Assembly (NCBI GenBank): GCA_013265495.1
Contig: MU058463.1
Span: forward strand, 3,951,037 to 3,985,165
DNA: 34,129 nucleotides
Origin: Vicugna vicugna
Lineage: Eukaryota
Direction: 5' to 3'
Part shown: positions 1 to 11,699 of the stretch, one piece after another
Layout: the number at the start of each line of letters is the position of its first letter
How positions within the stretch are numbered: position 1 is the first letter of the stretch
Program-made: the position numbers and the translations under genes
The notes under the pieces: model-generated
The model's input: only the letters and a program-made list of their open reading frames with translations
Told to the model about the DNA's origin: nothing
The model's database searches: none

Positions 1-620
1 TAAGTGAAATGAGAATGGATTTAGGGACACTAGCCCAAGCTGGAACATTCCTGAGTAAGTGACTCTTATACTAGGACGTCAAAGATGAATAGGGGTTAGC
101 AAGAGACGATGTGGGAGAGAATTCAGGGAGAGGAGAACTTTCGTGGAAGCCCCCAAGTAACTTAGCAGGTTCAAACAACTGAACGAATAGTCCTGTGGCT
201 GGAGTATGATGAACAAGTTGGAGAAGGATGCAAAATGAGGCAAGAGAGACTAGCAGAGGTCGGATCTTGGTAGAGAATCTTTTAAATCACGTCAGTGCTT
301 TTGGTCTTCTAAGAGATTGAGAAGATATTAATAGAGTTTTTAGTGGGAGGATTACCTACTCATTTGTTTTTTAAAAAGTTGACTTGAGCTCTTATGTGAC
401 AAACAGATTGAAAGGGGGCATATATGGATGTGCAGAAATGAAGCTTTTTAAAAAGCTTTGGCAGTGATCCAGGCAGAAGGTGGTGGTAACTTAAATTATT
501 AGCATATTAGCAGTAGAGATGCTGTAGAGAGATTCAAGAACTATTTACGAGATATAGCTGATAAAATTTGTCATTATTTTGGTTCAAGATATAAAGCTGA
601 AGGAAGTGTCAAGGATGAGA
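1..620 (-). mobile_element. L2 LINE fragment, decayed
   Basis: Purine-rich antisense L2 motifs in the expected order: 'gcagtgatccaggcagaaggtggtggtaactt', 'gaagtgtcaaggatga'. Confidence 0.75.
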
Positions 621-705
621 TTTTCATATATTTATTCATGTACATTTTGTTGACATTTTAGTAACTTGAATACAGACATTTTCAAAATTGAACCCATTTT
701 TTTCC

Positions 706-1215
706 ATTTGAAAACTAACTCTTCCCCTTGGCTTCCCTGTTTGGTGAATGACATCCCTACCTCCAAGTCATCTAGCCTTACAACTTTTTTTTTTTTGTCA
801 CAGCTTCCATTGAGCTATTCTCCAAGTGCTAAGGACTTGACCTCTGTAGCATCTGGAGGCTCTTCCGTCTCCTCCTCCTCATCTCCTCTCTGTCTCTTCC
901 TCTTCCTCCTCTTCTTCTTCTTCACCTTTTGTCTTTATTATAGCAGTAGCATCCTCTTGCTGGGTCATTAAACTATGCTTTTCATTCAAGTCTCGGAGCT
1001 CCTTGAGAGTAAGAACTTTTTTATCTTTAGTACTAGCAGTGTGCACTTCAGCATGGTAGACATAAAAAATATTAAAATGAGATGAAAATAAAACATCTTC
1101 CTTGATTCTTTTTCTTCCTATAATTCTCACTCTTTGCCACATTAAAAAAATTTTTTTTTTCTAAAAGTCATTCAGGGGCTTCCCTTTACTTAAAGAATAA
1201 TTTTATCTTAGGTCT
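706..1215 (+). mobile_element. L2 LINE fragments with an internal (CCT/CTT)n low-complexity expansion
   Basis: 'caagtgctaaggacttgacctct' and 'tatagcagtagcatcctcttgctgggtc' resemble the L2 body; 'gagctccttgagagtaagaac...atggtagacataaaaaatatt' (about 995-1085) resembles the L2 3' end. Confidence 0.6.
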
Positions 1216-1700
1216 GTGAGGAAATGGAAAACTGGCTGCTGGATATGAAAAGTATATGAGTTAGGGTTTTCCTGTAGTGATTTAGTCAAAATGAGCTCCT
1301 GACCCTTTGGGGACTGCAGCCCTCACTACTACAAACAGTAGATTTTTCTGGGAGGGGAACATAGCTGAGCTTTATTAGCAGTCTCACTGTTGAATAAAGT
1401 TTTAAACACTTTGTTTAATGCCTTTTTATATTTTTAATTTTATAAAAGTATTTGCAGAATTCACATGTAAAAAATAATTTAATACGTATTTTTTAGCTAT
1501 CCAGATCTGTGTTGTCATCCCAATAGCTATATTGTATGTTAATATCTTACATGTACATCTGGAGTATATTGTTTCATAGAAAGTTTCTAAGAGAAATATT
1601 CAGGTGCCTACTTTGGAAATACCTATTTTTAATAAGTTTGTTTGTCCTAAAATATGAACTTCCGTAATTCTGTCCCCCCCTTTTTTTTTTACATTTTTAG

Positions 1701-1776
1701 GAATAAGAAAATTTTAAATAAGAAGAAGTTGAAAAGAAAACAGAAGAGCAAATCAAAAGTGAAGACAAGAAGCAAG
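1701..1776 (+). CDS. MYCBP2: MYCBP2 coding exon 2 (76 nt), Lys-rich, NLS-like
   Basis: acatttttag|G AAT AAG ... AGC AAG|gtaaaa; encodes NKKILNKKKLKRKQKSKSKVKTRSK. Confidence 0.95.
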
Positions 1777-1855
1777 GTAAAACTCTTAGCAGTTTACAGG
1801 GAATAAGGACTTTTTCATACTGTAATTTGAATAAAAATGCCACAATTAAAAAGAT

Positions 1856-2036
1856 AAGAGATACAAACTACTATATATAAAATCTAAAAGGTACAAGGAC
1901 ATATACTAAACACAGGAAAATAACCAATATTTTATAATAACTATAAATGTAATAAAAGCTAAAAGTTGTGAATGAGTATATTGTACACCTAGAACTTGTA
2001 TAATATTGTACATCAGCTATACCTCAATAAAAAATA
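1856..2036 (+). mobile_element. 5'-truncated L1 3' end (L1MA9/L1_Art-like) with AATAAA and a short A tail
   Basis: 'gagatacaaactactatatataaaat...tgtacacctagaacttgtataatattgtacatcagctatacctcaataaaaaa' is a typical laurasiatherian L1 terminus. Confidence 0.8.
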
Positions 2037-2429
2037 AGGTAGGAGTATAATTAGCAAACTGCTACTTCTATGTGCTGAAAAAAAATTTAAAGCCCCTTAT
2101 TATTTGGTTACACTGCTTAGTTTCATCTTTTTCACATTTCTCGACCAGTAACCTGGAAGTTATTATCTGGGTGCTGAAAATTATTTATTCTTTATTCTTG
2201 TTATCTTTTATCAGTCCTTTGGGGGAAGATATCTATGTTTCTTCTCTCTTTTCACTCTGACTGCATGTACTAGAAACTGAGTAAAATTGGCTTGTGAGTT
2301 GGGACTTGGATTGGGGTTTGTCATATATCCCTGTGCATATGTCAGGAATTAGGGAGAATCTTAATGTGTCTGTACTGTTCTGAGCTGCTTTTAACTGTTG
2401 GTGGCTGTGCAAAAGGAAAGGCAATGCAG

Positions 2430-2590
2430 AATATTTTAATTAGGTGGTACCTTAGAGATCAGGGATCTGTTTTTCCACCTAATGCAGGTATCTTCTCTAT
2501 AAAATCCATCTAGTTTTTTTCTTGGGAATTTTCAGGGACCAGATCCCACGTTCTATGAAAGAGTCTCTCTTCAATTAAACAATAGTAAAA
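2430..2590 (-). mobile_element. possible L3/CR1 fragment
   Basis: 'ccttagagatca...ccacctaatgcaggtatcttctctata' resembles the antisense L3 3' end. Confidence 0.35.
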
Positions 2591-2724
2591 AGCCTCCATA
2601 GGAGGAAGAGAAGAGTCTTAACTATGATTTCTGAAGAGCTCTACCTTTGCTTATAGAAACAGTTACTTAGCTTGGGTTGTATATCATATTTAAGCTCTAG
2701 AGATAATTGTTTCCTGCCCTTTTA

Positions 2725-3183
2725 AATTAGTGTTCTTGCTGTTGTAAACTGAGAGAAATCTACTTTAAAGTAGCAAACCAAAAATAAAAGGAAAGGGGAT
2801 GGAATTTATCAGCTGGATTTGGGGATTAAATAATGTCATCAAATCTATGTCTTCTTGCTTCTCTTTTTCTCTGTGTGTGGGCTTATTGCCTGTGGCTGAG
2901 GCCTAAGGCTCCTGGTAGCTCCAGCTTTATTTTCTTTAAGCAAAAGGCAATTGCTTCTACTAGTTGTGCAGAAAATCTTGGATAGGGTTTTTGACTGAGC
3001 TTCATCATTCACCTTGCCCTTGAAGATCGGGTACTTTGATTGGTTAGGCTGAATTGTGCTTATAAGCTTGTAGTGGATAATAGGTGAGCACCCTGACAAG
3101 CAGGCTATGTGGAATGGGAGAGGAATGGTTGCCCTAAGGAAACTGTTGCTGGATGGGCAGAAAAATAATACATATTCACTGTA
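2725..3183 (-). mobile_element. MLT1K/MLT1J-like MaLR solo LTR
   Basis: 'tactttgattggttaggc', 'gggagaggaatggttgccctaaggaaa' and the terminus 'gggcagaaaaataatacatattcactgta'. Confidence 0.65.
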
Positions 3184-3577
3184 TCACATCTTACTACTTC
3201 TGTTTTGGGGACAGAACAGGGAAGTGGAGAGAATTCTTACCACACTTAATATATGAAAACCTTTGACGAGTTCATAGTCATTCAGATTTCCAACCTCTAC
3301 CCCTTCTCCAGTTTTTGGTGCTACGTGCAAAGTCAGAGTGTGGGAATATCTGAAAATCTTTTAAAGTTCTTTTTAAGGTTTCATTTGTTGATTTTCATAA
3401 AAGTGCTTGCATGTGATATCCAGGAAGAGATGGGAAGTCAAGGTCTTTCTTCTCCTTCAGTTCTGTCTCTAACTAGCTTTGTGCTTTTAGTAATTCATCT
3501 TTCTTCTGTTGGCCTTCAGGTTTTACATTTGCTTTTTAGGAGCAGCTTGTGATAAGAGTGATATATAAAAAAAAATT

Positions 3578-3695
3578 TCTTCATTTACTCCTCAGACATT
3601 TAGTGCATGCTGACTCTGTGTAGGCCTTGTGCTAGGTATTTGGGATGGAAAGGTGAGAAAGAAACATTTCTTGCTCATGATGAGCATATAAAACA
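3578..3695 (-). mobile_element. L2 3' end fragment
   Basis: 'ttcatttactcctcagacatttagtgcatgctgactctgtgtaggccttgtgctaggt'. Confidence 0.6.
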
Positions 3696-3929
3696 GTGAA
3701 ATGGTGGTGTTAGTCTCCTTCCCCTCTATTAACCGTTTTTTGGACTTTTTTCATTTACCACCTTTTTATGAAAAAGGTTTATGAAAGTTATGTAAAGAAT
3801 GCGATTTAGCTATACTATTTCATCTCCTTTATTGCTGGCATTGACCCTTCTGTTTCTCCATTAACCATCTCCTTCACTTACTTTCCTTCTTAACCATGGT
3901 ATTTTTAGAACAGTTCTTGCTTAATCTAT

Positions 3930-4408
3930 TGTATTAGTTCCTTATGGCTACTGTAACAAATTAAAACAAACTTTATGGTTTAAAATAACACAAATTAATC
4001 TTATAGCCCTGGAAGTCTCAATTCTAAAATGACTCACTGGGCTAAAATCAAAGTGGAGGCTCTAGGAGAGAATTCATTTCCTTGCCTTTTCTAGCTCCTG
4101 GAGCTTGCCTGCATTCCTTGGGTTGTGCCCCTTTCCATCTTCAGAGCCAGTGTGGTTGGTTAAGTCTCGTCAGGCTGTATCACTGACACTTTTCTCTTGT
4201 TACATCTCCTTCTCTGACTGTCTGGCCATCCTCTTTCATTTATAAGGACCTTTGGGATTGCATTGGGCCTACCTAATTAATTCAGAATAATCCCCTGTCT
4301 CAAGATTCTTACATCTGCAGGTCCCTTTTACCCTAATAGGTGACATGATCACAGGTTCTGGGGGTTAGTGGGAAGATATTTTTGGAGGCCATTATTCTAC
4401 CTTCTGTA
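3930..4408 (-). mobile_element. MLT1C-like MaLR solo LTR
   Basis: Begins 'tgtattagttcc...tgtaacaaatta'; internal 'gaggctctaggagagaattcatttccttgccttttctagct' and 'tataaggacc...attgggcct'; ends 'ggccattattctacc'. Confidence 0.85.
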
Positions 4409-4409
4409 T

Positions 4410-4770
4410 CTTCCTTTCCCTCTTGTACATTTATTGAATTTATCTGACAAAACTCAATCCTATACAAGTCCAGCCACCTTTCCCGCTTTCCCTGCAGGTG
4501 AAGACTATGTGCTACTAAAGGGAGTTAAATAAGAGCTAATTGATACCAGTGCACATCCATGATCACCAGTGTCAGATGGACCTTCCATAGTCAGACTGTT
4601 TTCTTTTTTTTTCTGGTCAAATAGTTCTTCCATTTTTCCCGTGACTATTTCAAACCTTTGCCATTCTCCTCAAACTTATGTTAAATTCTGCTTTCCAGCA
4701 AATGACTTCACTTTCTCATAGGAGAAGTCAAATCCATTACACAGGCATCTTCCTCAGCATTCTGCTACCG
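4410..4770 (+). mobile_element. L2 ORF2-region fragment
   Basis: 'gacaaaactcaatcct', 'gactatttcaaacctttgccattctcctcaaac' and 'cagcaaatgacttcacttt' match L2 internal motifs. Confidence 0.55.
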
Positions 4771-5301
4771 ACTGTGTCTGTCTTAGGTCAGGTTCCTTAA
4801 TAGTGGAATCTAAGACAGGGATTTAACATGTACAGTTTAGTGAGTTTTGAAAGATACAATCGAGGTTCAGGAAATTTTCTCATCCTCTGCTACATTCCAT
4901 CTCTCCCTATGGCTCTGGCTCTACACAGCCACAGATGTACTTTCTGTCATTATAGATTGGTTTTCATTTTCTAGAATTTCATATAAATGTAATCATATGT
5001 GGCATATGCTTTTGTACCTGGCTTCTTTTCTTCAGTATAATGATTTGAGTTGTGTTGATATTGTTGTATATATTAACAGCCATTCTCTCTCTCTCTTTTT
5101 TTTTTTCTGATTAGTATCCCATTGTATGGCCATATCACAATTTGTTAATCCATTCATTTGTTGATGGACATTTTTGGGTTGTTTACAGTTTTTGGCCGTT
5201 GAAAATAAAACCACTATGAACATTTGTTTGCTAGTCTTTGTGTGGATATAAGTTTTTGTTTTGGAGGGAGGTTAAATACCTAGGAGTGAAGTAATTAGGT
5301 G

Positions 5302-5841
5302 ATGTTTTCTTCAGTGATTTGCCAGAAGGACTCATAAGATTCACAAGTAACTTATCCTAATGGCTAAGATTTATTAAAATAAAAGGCACAGAGTAAGCAA
5401 CAGGAAAAATGTATTGGTGCTGTTTAAAGAGTCGTGGCATAGGCCTCCTGGTCATTGTGTGAGCACACAGGACATGCTTTTTCTCTGGCCATGAACTGCA
5501 GGAACATGTGTGGAACGTTTCTGTCCAGGGATGCCCATTTGAATCTTAAGATCTGAGACTTTCGTGGGGATCTGGTCACATAGACATGTCCTATTACACA
5601 GTCAGCCAAAGTAAGTGAAACTTGCGTGCACATCGTCAGTCTTGATGATTTTGCAAAGCAGTCGGACAAGCCAGTGGGTGTGGTCTGTTGCCCCAGAAGT
5701 ATGTAATAAAATCGCCAGTAACTAATATAAAGAAAACTCTTAAGACCACATTCCCAAGGGTTGGCCAAGGGTCAGTTATGGTTCCATTAGAGAAACACAA
5801 GGAATAAGCAATCGTACTTGTGGTGTTAACTCTTCCACACA
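5302..5841 (-). mobile_element. MER77/MER21-like ERVL LTR nested in L1
   Basis: 'atttgccagaaggactca', 'ctggtcacatagacat', 'ggccaagggtca' and the terminus 'gtgttaactcttccacaca'; L1 sequence resumes on both sides. Confidence 0.7.
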
Positions 5842-7043
5842 GGTGGCATGGTAGACAAATGTGTAACTTCTTGAGAAACTATGAAAACTGTTTTCTAAAG
5901 TGAATATTCCATTTTACTGTTCTACTAGTAGTGTATGAGAAACCCAGTTGCATCACATCTTTGCAAACATATGGTATTGTTAGCTTTTAAAATTTTAGTC
6001 ATTCTAGTAAGTACATAGGGGTATCACACTGGGGTTTTAGCTTGCTTTTTCCTAATGAGTAATGGTGTGAACACCATCATCATCATATGATGTACCTTTG
6101 ACCATTCATATCTTTTTATTGTGAAATGTGTGAAATGTCTCTTGAACTCTTGCCTCTCCTTGTTATAACTGTCGTCTTCTTATTGACTTGTTAGAGTACT
6201 TTATATATTTTAGATTGAAGTCCTTTGTCAGATATCTGCTGCAAATAATTTCGCCTGTGGTTTGCTTTTTTTTTTTGCTTTTGTATAGTGTTTTAGAAGA
6301 ACAAAAGTTTTTAAGTTTTATAAATTCAACTAATTGATTTTTAAATATGATTCATGCATTTCATGTTGTACATCTTTGTCCACCCCAATGTTGCATAGAT
6401 TTTCTCCTAGAGATTTTACAGTTTTTAGCTGTTACATGTAGGTCTATGATCCTTTTCAAGTTAATTTTGTGTATAGTGTGAGATAAGGGTTGATATTTAT
6501 TTTTTCACACATTGGTATTCAGTTGATCTAGACTTATTTCTTAAAAATACATTTTTTTCCATTGAATTATCTTGGCATCTTTGTAAAAAATCAGAAATTT
6601 ATATATGTTTGGGCCTATTCTGGAATTTGTTTTGTTTAATTGATCTATATGTTTATCTTTATACCACTATCATACTGTTTTCATTACAGTAGTTTTGAAA
6701 TAGGTCATTTGTTTTTAATGGTCTTTTTTAAAAAAAATTGCTTTAGTTACCTCAGGTCCTTTACATTTGCATATAAATTTTAGAATCAGCTTGTCAGTTT
6801 CCATTTTTAAAAAAACCTATGGAATTTTTATTGGGAGTACATTGAATCTGTAGGTTTGGGAAAGAATTGCTATTTTAATGATGTGGAATTTTCTGTATGA
6901 ACATGGTTTCTCTCTCCATTTCTTTAAGTCTTCAGTTTCTCTCAGTGATACTATTTTGGTTTTCAGTGGACACAGCTTGTACATAGTTTTATTAAATTTA
7001 ACTAATTAGTATGTTTTTGATATTGCTGTAAATGCTATTATTT

Positions 7044-8165
7044 AAATTTCTTAAAAAATCCTGAGGTGATTGTAATGTGAATGGTTGTAGGAAATAATTG
7101 AGAGAGAGCCTGTGTACCCTTTACCCATTTTCTTCCATTGGTAAAGTATTGCATAACTGTAGTAAATACCACAACCAGGAAATCTTCATTGATACAACCT
7201 ACAAATCTCATTTAGATTTCAGCAGTTTTACATGCACTCATTTGTGTGTATGTATTTAGTTCTGTGCAATTTTATCACATGTGTGGATCTTTGTGACCGT
7301 TACTACAATAAAGATATAGAACATTCATCACAAGGACACTTTGTGCTACTTTTATGTAACCACAGACATCTCCAAACCTCAACCTCTCCCTAGCCTCTGA
7401 TAACCACAAATCTGTTTTCCATCTCTATAATTTTGTCATTTTAAGAATGTTACATAAATGGAATCATGCAGTATGTAACTTTTCCACTCAGCATAATTCC
7501 CTTGAGATTCATCCAAGCTGTTGCATATGTCAGTAATTTGCACCTTTTTATTGCTGAGTAAGCATTCTGTGGCATGGATATACCACCCTTTGTTTAACCC
7601 TTCCCTCATTAAAAGACATCTGAGTTGTTTCTAGTTTGGTAATTTTGAATAAAGCTGCTGTGAATGTTCATGTGCTGGTGTTCGTATGAACATAAGTTTT
7701 CATTTCTCTGCTATAAATGCCTGAGTGCAGTTGCTGGATAATACTGTAAGTACATGTTTAATTTTATAAGAAACTGCTGTACTTTTTTCTAGTGTCTGTA
7801 TCAATTTACATTCCCATCAGCAATATATGAGAGATTCAGTTTCTCTACATCCTTGCCAGCATTTAGTGGTGTCACTATTTTTCATTCTAGCCATTCTGAT
7901 AGGTATGTACTATATCTCATTTTACTTTATTTTGCATTTCCCTAAGGCTCATAATATTGAAAATCTTTTCATGTGCTTATTTGCCTTCTGTATCTCTTCT
8001 TCAGTGACATGTCTGTTCATGTCTTATGCCTGTCTTTCATTTGGAGTGCTTGCTTGTTTGTTTTTCACTCTTATTTGAGTTTTGAGAATTCTTCACATAT
8101 GCTGGATGCTAGTCGTTTATAAGATATGCAGTTTGTAAATATTTTTTCCCCGTCTGTAACTTTAC
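7044..8165 (-). mobile_element. L1MC-like 3' end nested in the older L1
   Basis: 'gttgtaggaaataattgagagagagcctgtgtaccctttaccca...cacaaccagga...attgataca'; flanked by the direct repeat TGCTATTATTT (7033-7043 and 8166-8176). Confidence 0.8.
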
Positions 8166-9694
8166 TGCTATTATTTTCTAAGTTTTATATTTTAATTGTT
8201 TGCTCTCCTAGTGTATAGATAAAGAACTCATTTTTATGTATTTGTTTGGTATCCTATGACTTTGCTAAATCCACACGTTATTATTAGTGACTGTTTTGTA
8301 GACTTAAGATTCTTTACATGTCTTCTGCAAAGATACTTGATTTTTGGAAGATAATTCTTCCTTTCTAACTGTATCTTTTATTTCTTTTGCTTGGCTTATT
8401 GCACTGGATAGAATATCTAACAGAATCTTGAATCTAATTGCTGAGAGTAGGTATCTTTGCCTTGTTTGCAATCTTAGGGTGAAGGCGTCCAGTCTTTTAC
8501 TATGTTAGCTGTAGGTATGTCATAGGTACCCTTTATCAAGTTTTAGAATTCTTTTCTATTCCTGACTTACTTAGGCTTTTTATCATGAATGGGTGTTTGG
8601 CATTTGTCAAATGCTTTTTCCATGTTTATTTACAGTGTCTTTTTTTTTCCCTCTTATTTTCAGCAGTATAGATTTTGGATTGTTTTCCAGTGTTGTACAC
8701 TCTTGTTTGGGGGTTGGTCATTATGTATTATCTTTTTAACAGTACATTGTTGGATTTGAATTGCTAATATTTGCTGGTTTTTAATATCTCTGGAAGACAT
8801 TCACATGTTATATGTCAGTTAACTTTAGTACATTTCTTATTTAACAAGGAATACTCCATTTTTTCCCTAATTACTTATAGAGGGTAGAATTTTGAAACTA
8901 AGTATTTTTAGTACTCAAGGTATCATTTTATTCATCTTGGATACTTCCTAGACACACTCTGTTGGAACTTGGGTTTGTAGAATATCTTGAACTAGTTCTG
9001 TACTTATAATGTAAATGTTGATCTCAAAAATATAGTTGGAGTCTGATGAGAAAAATCTTGGGCCAAAACAGAAATTGAGTATTTAATTTTAACAATTAAA
9101 TTACCAAGCACGTACTTGCAAGACAGATAGCTAAGAGAACTTTTGGAAAGCATATGCCCATAATCTGTAGTTTTCTTAGCATTACCATTATTTCAAGGAG
9201 AAGGAAGTTAAAATTGACTAAAATTAAGAGTTTGGGGTTTTTTTTAAGCCCTAATCTCTTTTAAAATCCCTGTATCTACTTTTGAAAGAAAGCAAAATAC
9301 AATTTAACATATGTAGTAGGTCACAGAGACTCTTCAATACACCAGTGTACCTTAGAAAAGCACCAAATACATATCCTTTGAAACTGTAGCAGTTAAGCTC
9401 TGTTAACTTTTTTCCTTTTGTGGGGTAAGAGGGTATTCCTGGTAAGTTCTTTGCTGGCTCCTTTATAGCCCTTGTCAGTTTGGTTATTTGGTTATTGCTG
9501 TTATTCAGAAGGTAGTGAACTTTAGTAAAAAGTGTGCTATAAATTGAGTCAATAGACTTACATTGTCTTTGCTGTGTCACTTATGTGACTTCCACAAATC
9601 ATCTAGCCTGTCTGATGTTTAATTTTTTATTTAAAATGAGAGTTGATGATGATGGAAGGAATATGAAATTGAAATAATATGTCCTGTATTTCAG

Positions 9695-9910
9695 TCTGAA
9701 AACTTGGAGAATACAGTAATAATACCAGATATCAAACTACATAGCAATCCTTCTGCATTTAATATTTATTGCAATGTACGCCATTGCGTTCTGGAATGGC
9801 AGAAAAAGGAAACATCATTGGCAGCTGCATCTAAGAACTCTGTGCAGAGTGGAGAATCAGATAGTGATGAAGAGGAGGAATCCAAAGAGCCCCCTATCAA
9901 ACTTCCAAAG
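9695..9910 (+). CDS. MYCBP2: MYCBP2 coding exon 3 (216 nt, phase 0-0)
   Basis: gtatttcag|TCT GAA AAC ... CCA AAG|gtgagt; SENLENTVIIPDIK...SDSDEEEESKEPPIKLPK; overlaps ORF 9704..9922. Confidence 0.97.
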
Positions 9911-10671
9911 GTGAGTCACTGAGTTCCACTTAGATGCATACCTATGGGTGTTTGGTCTGTAACATATATATTTGCATTGCTAAAGTATCTTTTTTAAAAA
10001 AAATTAAATTGTGCACTGAAAGTAACAATGCCTATAGGTGAAAATTAGGTATGGGGCAGAGTAGGAAAACTTTATGCAACTTTGTAACCAGAGTGCTAAC
10101 GATGTCAATACTGGGTACCTCAGTGGGGAGTACTTGGAAAGCCCAAGCAGGGGGCTCAGTGACTTGGAGTCTGTTACAGAGGCTATTAAAAACGTACAAA
10201 AGCAATAGAGGGGAAATGATTGCTTGTAGGCACTGAGCCACTGCAGATGAAAGTAGAGCTCTGAGCCAGTGGGCTGCTACATAAAGGTGGGCACAAGATG
10301 AAGTACAAACTCCCACAAGCCAAGAGCCATGGAAAGCTGAGGGTATAGTCCCTGTGCTGTGCAGCAGCTGAGCAGAGAGCTTTTGCCTTTTCTGCCTAAG
10401 GTTATAATGGTACTCTTGCCCTCCTGGTTCCCTTTGCTTAGAAAAAAATTACATATGAGCCAATAAAGCTTTACATTGTTCTGTTATCACTCCCTTGTTT
10501 ACCAGAGGCATAGGAGCTGATTGCTGTTACGGAAACATGTAGTAGAGCAGACTGTTCTGAAGGTACGCAGCTGTAGCTAAGCACATTTTAAGACTATAAT
10601 GCTATTTGATGTGTAATACGTTTTTCTATATGGTAGGCTTAGTTAGCATTTCCAACAAAAGCATGGGTGAG

Positions 10672-10798
10672 AATATAGACATCTTTTTAAATGGTACCTT
10701 TATCATAAATGATTTATGCATGTTGCTTTTTTCCAAATATAGACATTAAAAATGATTTCCTTTATCATAAATGATTCATGTATGTTGCCTTTTTACTA
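10672..10798. repeat. Imperfect tandem duplication, about 63-64 bp x 2
   Basis: 'aatatagacat...cctttatcataaatgatt(t/c)atg(c/t)atgttgc' occurs at 10672 and 10736. Confidence 0.85.
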
Positions 10799-10974
10799 GA
10801 TAGATACCTTAAATCTCTGCCTTGAAAACCTCTTTGTATACATATACAAGATATGTAAATTTTTTTACTTCTTGGAAATAGCAGCCAAGATGGAAGCTAT
10901 GTTCCTAATCTGATTTCTTTCACACATTTCATGGTAGCACTTCCTAAGGCCCCCACTGCCCTAATCATTACTCT

Positions 10975-11195
10975 CAGGTTCTTTTCACCTTATTCTCAGA
11001 CACTACCTTGCTTCCTGTTTCATAGGATAGTAGACGTTTTTGTGAACTTCCTCAGCCTTTCAATCAGCCGTCTTCAAATGTCCTTATCTCCTCTTGGGAC
11101 CCTTTTCCTCTTAATCCTTTTCTTGCCAACATCCTTAACTGTACCTTCTCTACTAGGTTCTTTCTTCAGCTTTAAACAAGCAGGCTTATCTTTTG
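10975..11195 (+). mobile_element. L2 fragment
   Basis: 'ctaccttgcttcctgtttcataggatagtaga...gaacttcctca' and 'ctctactaggttctttcttcagctttaaacaagc'. Confidence 0.55.
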
Positions 11196-11699
11196 CATGT
11201 AAGTTCCTCCAGGTAAAAAGCACAGTCTCTAGTTTTTATTTCTTATGCTTAACTAGGGGGAGGTTAGGAAAAATATGTTGTTAAATTAGGATATAAGGCT
11301 ACAGAACTTAAGTATATTTTTGGTGTAAGAATTCCATTCTGTGTGAGGGTGAGTCACGCTATGCTATAGTAATCACTCAGTTGAAGTTCAATATTGGGAA
11401 GGAAAATAAAGACCCAGAGAAACCTTTCACACATGTATGCAAATTTAGAATAGTAAACTGTAGCTAATTTAAAAGATACTACACAATCAAGAACTGCTTC
11501 TTAAGCTATTTTAAAACATCAAGATAAATGAGTATTAGAGAAAAAAATATCAGGCATTCTTAAGATGATTTTTTTTAGCATGATTGACAGAGTCAAAAGA
11601 TGTAGAGTGAAAAAGGGATCTTTCAAAAAAAGTAAAAGAAAATCAGATAGCTCAAGTGATTAATATTGAGTTCTCCTGCCAAATACTGACCTGCCAGGA

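Larger units (their letters stand above)
4830..8790 (-). mobile_element. Old L1 (L1M-type) 3' UTR and ORF2 end, antisense, interrupted by an LTR (about 5302-5841) and a second L1 (about 7044-8165)
   Basis: Long T-rich antisense L1 motifs: 'ccattcatttgttgatggacattt', 'aagtcctttgtcagatat', 'aaattttagaatcagcttgtcagtttcc', 'ttgtcaaatgctttttc'. Confidence 0.85.

Noticed and set aside
441..458. Perfect 18-bp palindrome AAGCTTTTTAAAAAGCTT
   Set aside because: Low-complexity T5/A5 core inside a decayed L2; likely chance or slippage.
785..965. Apparent antisense processed-pseudogene fragment encoding an acidic protein (EDATAIIKTKGEEEEEEEEEE...EEPPDATEVKSLALGE) with an A12 tail; ORF 879..1142
   Set aside because: The + strand aligns by eye with L2 consensus motifs on both sides of a (CCT/CTT)n expansion, there is no clean target-site duplication, and I recognise no parent protein. 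A BLASTX hit outside the poly-E tract would reopen it.
430..965. Inverted L2 pair forming dsRNA
   Set aside because: The copies cover overlapping consensus regions but are too diverged to show extended complementarity.
10030..10056. 11-nt microexon (tag|GTGAAAATTAG|gtatgg)
   Set aside because: No polypyrimidine tract upstream, and the length is not a multiple of three.
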